Assembly: GCA_964016885.1 (NCBI GenBank)
Contig: OZ024759.1
Coordinates: forward strand, 9,858,001-9,922,000
DNA: 64,000 bases
Source of the DNA: Eledone cirrhosa
Taxonomy: Eukaryota
Direction of reading: 5' to 3'
The notes beneath the pieces were generated by a model. It was not told the DNA's origin, did not search any database, and saw only the letters and a list, made by a program, of their open reading frames with translations. Shown here one piece after another: positions 55,856 to 64,000 of this stretch. The position numbers were made by a program, and so were the translations under genes. Numbering within the stretch: the first letter of the stretch is position 1; each line of letters opens with the position of its first letter.

Positions 55856-56255
55856 TCATCATCATCATCATTTTACGTCCGCTTTTCCCTGCTTGCAAGG
55901 GTGGGACGGGTCCTATTCAGCACAGCATTTCTCCACTTGTCACAGTCCTTCGTCATCTCCTCTGTGAGCTTCAGCGATCCGAGGTCTGCTCTCACCACCT
56001 CCGCCCATTTTTTTCGTGGTCTTCCTCTACTGCGTCTTCCTTCCACTGGGACTTCCTGGCACTTCTTCACCCAGCGCTCATCCTCCATGCACATCACATG
56101 TCCATACCATCTCAGCCTTCTCTCCTGCACACCACAACTTATCCCTCTTATACCCAGTTTCTCTCTCAACACATCACATGTCCATACCATCTCAGCCTTC
56201 TCTCCTGCACACCACAACTTATCCCTCTTATACCCATGTTCCCTTAAAACTAATT
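55856..56255 (-). mobile_element. RTE LINE 3' end with (ATG)n tail
   Basis: ERRLRWYGHVMCME...GRRSRGRPRKKW; internal duplication of about 80 bp. Confidence 0.9.
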
Positions 56256-56934
56256 TTTAAATAATTAAAATATTCACAGATATGTATATAATGTGAAATG
56301 ACACTGGAAGGCCTATATATATATATATACGTGTGTGTATGTATATAAATGTGTGTGTATGTATATATATAAATGTGTGTGTATACATATATATATATAT
56401 ATGTATGTGTATATATATATATATGTGGGTGTCTGATCTACATACACTGATCATAGACACACACACGCATATACACACACATATATATACACACACATAT
56501 ATATATACACACACACATATATATATACACACACACATATATACACACACATATATATACACACACACATATATATATATATACACACACACATATATAT
56601 ATATATACACACACACATATATATATACACACACATATATATATATACACACACACATATATACACACAACACCACCAGCTCTCTCTCTATTTCAATCTA
56701 CTCTCTCACAACCATTATCTCTTTCTCTCTATCCTTCTCTCTCTCTGTTTAAGAAGGTACCCAGAAAACCCCATATCTCTGGAACCCATGCTCCAATTTA
56801 TGCAAAACTTGTTTTATTCCATTTGTATCCCCATTTCAGGGGCAACTTCCTTTCAAAGTATTTCCCCATTTTGCACCCTTTTGGCTGTATTACATTACAT
56901 ACAAGCAAGCAATCACAGACTTTTAGTAATATAT

Positions 56935-57447
56935 AGTCTGGCGTCACGGTAATACTGAAGACCCGACTTCCCACGGGTACAAGCCGAAGCTGAAGTATAT
57001 AGACAATATGCCCCCACACCCTCCCACTGCAAAGTGGTCGTGGAGGTGCCACGGTAAAAAAGCACCCAGCCCACACTGTAAAGTGGATGTGGAGGTGCCA
57101 CGGTAAAAAAGCACCCAGCCCTCACTGTAAAGTGGTCGTGGAGGTGCCACAGCAAAAAAGCACCCAGCCCAAAATGTAAAGTGGATGTGGAGGTGCCACG
57201 GCAAAAAAAGCACCCAGCCCACACTGTAAAGTGGATGTGGAGGTGCCACGGTAAAAAAGCACCTAGTACTCACTGTAAATGAGGTTGGTGTTAGGAAGGG
57301 CATCCAACTGTAGAAACAAGCCAGAACCAGTTCCCTTATGAGCAAGACAAGGTCAGCCGACCGGACACTGCCCACAACAGGACAACCCGTCTAACCCATG
57401 CTAGCGTGGAAGAACAGACATAAAATGGTGATGATGATGATGATGAT
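56935..57447 (+). mobile_element. SINE family B with an internal 49-bp segment repeated five times
   Basis: gtggaggtgccacggtaaaaaagcacccagcccacactgtaaa units; (tga)n tail. Confidence 0.85.
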
Positions 57448-57578
57448 AGATGTATCATTATCCCCCACCCCTCCTTAAGCTCCAGCGCCCCCTGGGGACA
57501 GTAGCAGCCACTTTGAGAACCTCTGATCTGTATCTATGTCTTTCTACCTCTTTCAAGAAAGAGTGTATTGTGACTTAC

Positions 57579-57690
57579 CTGCTGTAGCTGAAGCGGGAAT
57601 GGGTGAGAAATGTTAGGGTAAACTCCAGGCCTGAGAACACGAAGAGATACAGGAAATATACATAACCTATGGTCCGGATAGACGAGAGAT
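57579..57690 (-). CDS. MFSD10: MFSD10-like MFS transporter, internal exon A (most 5' exon found)
   Basis: Acceptor tctctactgcag, donor gtaagt; 112 nt reads (D)LSSIRTIGYVYFLYLFVFSGLEFTLTFLTHSRFSYS(S), matching recalled human MFSD10 LSSLRRLGLVYFLYLFLFSGLEYTLSFLTHQRFQFSS. Confidence 0.93.
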
Positions 57691-58135
57691 CTGCAGTAGA
57701 GAGATATGTCATAACATTAAGACAGGTCAGTAGTAGAGAGAGATATGTCATAGCATTAAGACATTATTTAATAATTGTTTCTACTTTTTGGCACAAGGCC
57801 AGCAATTATCCCAGTGTATCACTGGTACTTTATTTTATCGACCCCGTAAGACATTATTTAATAATAATGAAATTATTGTGTACAGTGCGCAGGTGCACTA
57901 CAACTCATCAAAGGTGCATGTATAGTACATAGAATAATGTACAAATGTCAGGAAAATGAACAGTGTATGAGTCATGATATAATAATAATAACAATAATGA
58001 AATATTGTGTACAGTGCCCAGGTGCACCACAACTCATCAAAAAGTGCATGTACAGTACATAGGGCAATGCACAAACATCAGTAAAATGAACAGTGCACGA
58101 GTCATGATACACAGATGTGTGCATGTGTATGGAAG

Positions 58136-58187
<52 letters not shown>

Positions 58188-58251
58188 CATCATATATATA
58201 TATATATATACGATATTAAACAAATGGAAACTATATTTATAAAACCATATT

Positions 58252-58317
58252 TATTTCATTATACATATTTCGGGGATACCATATTAAAAATATGGCATGC
58301 CTTCTTCAGATAAAATA
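58252..58317 (-). ncRNA. predicted type I hammerhead ribozyme, same strand as the MFSD10-like gene
   Basis: tattttat-CTGAAGA-[atgccatatt/aatatggtat]-GAAA-tatgta-TA-atgaaata; plus-strand mirror copy 58358-58415 lacks the stem I 5' strand. Confidence 0.75.
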
Positions 58318-58570
58318 CAATATATAAAATACAATATATAAAAATATGGCATGCCTTCTGAAGAAGGCATGCCATATTTTTAATATGGTATCCCCGAAAT
58401 ATGTATAATGAAATAAATATGGTTTTATAAATATAGTTTCCATTTGTTTAATATCGTATATCTACTCCAAAACTTGTCGAGTGCTTTATATCAGTTATAA
58501 AATATTTACTTGTTGTAACCCAACAATTTTAAATAAAACTTTTGCATATATATATATATATATACACATA

Positions 58571-58611
<41 letters not shown>

Positions 58612-58811
58612 AAGGTTAAACAAGGTTCAATGAGTATATCAAAGAATGAGTTTTACAAAAAGATTCCTCACCTCACCCTCTGTATTATATGTACATTTTT
58701 TCATGTCTCAATCTTAAGGTCTATAAATATTGAGTTTTGTCATATCTTATTCACTACCATGACTGAATCTTATACACATCATATATATATATATATATAC
58801 ATACACACATC

Positions 58812-58868
<57 letters not shown>

Positions 58869-58878
58869 GACACACACA

Positions 58879-58925
<47 letters not shown>

Positions 58926-59074
58926 TCATAGATATATATATATATATATACACACACATACACATCATATATATATATACACACACATACACATCATATA
59001 TATATACACACACACACATCATATATATACACACACACACACACATCATATATATATATACACACACACATACA

Positions 59075-59105
<31 letters not shown>

Positions 59106-59122
59106 CTCACACATCATATATG

Positions 59123-59154
<32 letters not shown>

Positions 59155-59173
59155 TCATATATATATATATATA

Positions 59174-60438
59174 GATTAATGTTCAGAGCCATCCTCAGCA
59201 TTCTCGTGTAGCACCCATCCACCATCTGAGTGAGTTTCTTGGTCAGTGTCCAAGTCTCAGACCCACACAGCAGCACAGACTCCACTTCAGCAATGAAGAG
59301 ACGGATCATCAGGTCTTTACGAAGGTCCGACTTCCACACCGATCTCAAGCTGTGGCACGCCGCCCAGGCTTTGCTCTTCCTCTCAACCACATCATCTTCT
59401 GTATTCCCACTCTTTGCTCCAAAATACAGGAAGTCCTCAACCAATTCTAGCAACTTTCTGCCTACATTAGTGATCCCCTCTGGCTTCTCAACATTCTCTA
59501 CCAGATATTTTGTTTTAGTCTCATTCATTCTCAGCCCCACACTCATCGACACAGTCTCAACCTCCCACATCAAATCCTCTGCCTCCTTCACTGTATTTGT
59601 CACCAAAACTATGTCATCGGCAAATTCAGCATCTGATATCTTTTTTGCCTTAACTCTCCTGTTCTGAGCCTGTGCTACAGTAAAGCCAGAGTCCTGGTGT
59701 TTCTCCAGTGCAAGGCGCATACAATAGTTCACTACGATGATAAAAAGGTAGGGAGCCAATGTATCTCCCTGGAGCACTCCAGCCAGTATCTCAAAGAACT
59801 CTGTCATCCCATCAGGTGTAATGACTTAGGCTTTGCTGTTGGTGTAGAGCAGTGATATCAGGTCCACTATCTTCTTGGGGATTCCATAAGCCTGTAAGAT
59901 CTTCATCAGGCAGTGACGGTCCACAGAATCAAAGGCCTTCCTAAAGTCAATGAAAACCATGACCGCAGGAAGGCACATTGCTCTAGCTCCTTCTAATATC
60001 ATCCTCAGCATCAGTATACACTGAGGATGGCTCTGAACATTAATCAGTATACACTGAGGATGAAAAACTCGGAGCTATATGGGAGCCTCCCAAAAGTCAG
60101 CTCAAAAGTGACACAGAGGAGACCGAGGTTAACTGGACATGCTCACTGGCATCCAGAGTTGACACTACACTCAGTGCTCCTGTGGGAGCCCCTACACAGA
60201 GGAGACTGAGGTTGGCTGGACATGCTCACCGACATCCAGAGTTGACATTGCACTCAGTGCTCCTTTGGGAGCCCCTACATGGACACACTGGAAGAGGAAT
60301 ACCAAGGTTAACATATGTTGATGCCCTAAGGACAGACACTGGTCTGTTGGAGACGCAGGACATGGCAGTGATAATGAGGGACAGAGACCGCTGGAGAGAA
60401 CTCGTCCATGGATCTCGGGAATTTTACCTGCCTTAGAG
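59174..60438. mobile_element. RTE-clade LINE with inverted 5' part, inserted in (TA)n
   Basis: Minus 60010-59174: FIDFRKAFDSV...GVLQGDTLAPYLF...FADDIVL...MLRMALNIN; plus 60020-60438: [10 protein letters not shown]...RDRWRELV...*. Confidence 0.93.
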
Positions 60439-60439
60439 A

Positions 60440-60480
60440 ATATATATATATACACACACACACACATATATACACACACA

Positions 60481-60522
<42 letters not shown>

Positions 60523-62750
60523 TATATATACACACATTATATATATATATATACATTATATATACACACATTATATATATATATATACATTATATATACA
60601 CTCATTATATATATATACATTATATATACACACATTATATATATATATACATTATATATACACACATTATATATACACTCATTATATATACACACATTAT
60701 ATATACACTCATTATATATATATACACACATTATATATACACTCATATATATATACACACATTATATATACACTCATTATATATATATACACACATTATA
60801 TATACACTCATTATATATATATACACACATTATATATACACTCATTATATATATATACACACATTATATATACACTCATTATATATATATACACACATTA
60901 TATATACACTCATTATATATACACTCATTATATATACACTCATTATATATATATATACATTATATATACACACATTATATATACACTCATTATATATATA
61001 TACATTATATATACACACATTATATATACACTCATTATATATATATACATTATATATACACTCATTATATATATATATATATTATATATACACACATTAT
61101 ATATATATATATACATTATATATACACACATTATATATACACTCATTATATATATATATATACATTATATATACACTCATTATATATATATACATTATAT
61201 ATACACACATTATATATATATATATACATTATATATACACACATTATATATACACTCATTATATATATATACATTATATATACACTCATTATATATACAC
61301 TCATTATATATACACTCATTATATATATATACATTATATATACACACATTATATATATATACATTATATATACACTCATTATATATACACACATTATATA
61401 TACACTCATTATATATATATACATTATATATACACACATTATATATATATACATTATATATATATACATTATATATATATACATTATATATACACTCATT
61501 ATATATACACTCATTATATATACATACATTATATATATATACATTATATATACACTCATTATATATACACTCATTATATATACACTCATTATATATATAT
61601 ACATTATATATACACACATTATATATATATACATTATATATACACTCATTATATATATATACATTATATATACACTCATTATATATACACTCATTATATA
61701 TATATACATTATATATACACTCATTATATATATATACATTATATATACACTCATTATATATATATATATACATTATATATACACACATTATATATACACT
61801 CATTATATATATATACATTATATATACACTCATTATATATACACTCATTATATATATATACACATTATATATACACACATATATACACTCATTATATATA
61901 TATACATTATATATACACACATTATATATACACTCACTATATATATATATACATTATATATACACACATTATATATACACTCATTATATATATATATACA
62001 TTATATATACACACATTATATATACACTCATTATATATATATATACATTATATATACACACATTATATATACACTCATTATATATACACTCATTATATAT
62101 ATATATATACATTATATATACACTCATTATATATATATATATACATTATATATACACACATTATATATACACTCATTATATATACACTCATTATATATAT
62201 ATATATATATATACATTATATATACACACATTATATATACACTCATTATATATATATACATACAAGGGCGGTGGATTGGCAGTATAGGTAGAGAGTCGGA
62301 CACCATGCTTTGCAGCATAGAGTTACGGCCCTTTACAATCTGAGTTCAAATCCCACCGAGGTTAACTTTGCCTTTCATCCTTACGGGGTCGATAAAATAA
62401 AGTACCAGTAATGTACTGGGTAATTGCTGGCCTTGTGCCTAAAGTAGAAACAATTATATATATACATTATATATATACACATTATATATACGCACATTAT
62501 ATATACACATTATATATACACACATATATACACACATTATATATATATACACCCATTATATATATACACACATATATACACACATTATATATACACACAT
62601 TATATATACATTATATATACACACATATATATACACACACATTATATATACACACATTATATATACACACATTATATATACACACACATTATATATACAC
62701 ACACACATTATATACACACACACACATTATATACACACACCCATTATATA
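60440..62750. repeat. compound (CATTATATATACAC/T)n microsatellite with a SINE A at 62266-62456
   Basis: Direct reading. Confidence 0.95.
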
Positions 62751-63194
62751 TGGCATCCAACACCAGGATTGAGGGTCCGCTGTGAGGAGGGTTCTTTGTG
62801 GCCAACTGGCCTGACATCTGGTGCCAGGCTCTGAAATCATGGCTCCTGAAATCAATTGTGCGAAGGGTTTGGTGCAGCCAACTGGCCAGACCCTCATCAT
62901 AGCTGAACCATGCGGCATCTGACACCTCAACTGTGGGTCCACTTTATGAAGGGTTCGGAGCAGCCAACCGGCCAGTCCCTCATCATAGAGGTGAAGAAGA
63001 TGTCCCCAGATGAAGTGGCAACAGACAATTGACTGAAACCCATAAATGAAAGTTGGACCGATGCAGCACACCATGACCATTGGAGCAGCTTGGCTGCCTC
63101 GTGTGTCTCAAGACTCGGGAGCATCTATGTCTAAATCCATTTGACATTGTTGTAGCTTTCAAACCATAAACCTAGACACTTCAATGCTTCAATC

Positions 63195-64000
63195 AAACTA
63201 AAATGGCCTGTATCTGGTCAGAATTATCTCACCTCATTCTGTTCAAACCAGCTGTAACTGGCCATTCATTCTGACTTTAAGGTATTCTCAAACTAAAATC
63301 TTTGTAATCTCATAGTTTCAATATTATGTGAGATATTATGTAAGGTAAAGTCTTTACTGTGACAATACAATAGTATATATAGAGTAATGTAAATGTTATG
63401 TGAGATATTATGTGAGGTAAAGCCTTTACTGTGACAATACAATAGTATATATAGAGTAATGTAAATGTTATGTGAGATATTATGTGAGGTAAAGCCTTTA
63501 CTGTGAAAATACAATAGTATATATAGAGTAATGTAAATGTTATGCGAGATATTATGTGAGGTAAAACCTTTACTGTGAAAATACAATAGTATATATAGAG
63601 TAATGTAAATGTTATGTGAGATATTATGTGAGGTAAAGCCTTTACTGTGACAATACAATAGTATATATAGAGTAATGTAAATGTTATGTGAGATATTATG
63701 TGAGGTAAAGCCTTTACTGTGACAATACAATAGTATATATAGTGTAATGGAAATGTTATGTCAGATATTATGTGAGGTAAAGACTTTACTGTGACAATAC
63801 AATAGTATATATAGTGTAATGGAAATGTTATGTGAGATATTATGTGAGGTAAAGCCTTTACTGTGACAATACAATAGTATATATAGAGTAATGTAATTGT
63901 TATGTGAGGTATTATGTGAGGTAAAGCCTTTACTGTAAAAATGCAATAGTATATATAGAGTAATGTAAATGTTATGTGAGGTATTATGTGAGGTAAAGCT
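63195..64000 (+). mobile_element. piggyBac-like MITE copy 7; 72-bp array runs off the window
   Basis: Body cagaattatctcacctc..gttcaaaccagctgtaa then array from about 63322; left terminus degenerate. Confidence 0.8.

Larger units (their letters stand above)
55170..57525. mobile_element. old hAT-like MITE split by nested insertions; includes a 27-bp repeat at 55215-55340
   Basis: TIR-like CAGAGGTTTTCAAA / TTTGAGAACCTCTG; flanks atttatat and atctgtat match at 6 of 8. Confidence 0.55.

Noticed and set aside
62750-63130. GC-richer segment as a possible upstream MFSD10 exon
   Set aside because: No frame resembles the expected PETL/loop region; has an internal duplication and stops; probably an old retroelement remnant.

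Overview
Eukaryotic, AT-rich, extremely repeat-dense DNA. The SINE, LINE and microsatellite content resembles a cephalopod (octopus-like) genome; that assignment is inference. Almost all long ORFs in the track are artefacts of micro- and minisatellites. The one recognisable host gene is missed by the ORF track: six short minus-strand exons (57690-57579, 41683-41628, 40132-40080, 36707-36617, 34390-34253, 28996-28884). They have GT-AG boundaries, splice in frame, and encode the C-terminal part of an MFSD10/TETRAN-like MFS transporter; the 5' exons were not found and probably lie beyond 64000. The rest is decayed RTE- and CR1-like LINEs, two tRNA-derived SINE families, Helitron, hAT, Tc1/mariner and piggyBac-like MITEs, Penelope-like remnants, and tandem arrays with units of 25, 27, 44, 48, 58, 72 and 123 bp. 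Main observations: (1) five predicted type I hammerhead ribozyme folds in small elements embedded in (TA)n, two of them sense within MFSD10 introns and one pair with a swapped stem II; (2) a TTAA-targeting MITE whose 72-bp internal unit is expanded into arrays in six of seven copies; (3) two RTE-clade LINE insertions with 5'-inverted, twin-priming-like structure; (4) a 54-monomer higher-order duplication in a 7.8-kb 48-bp array.
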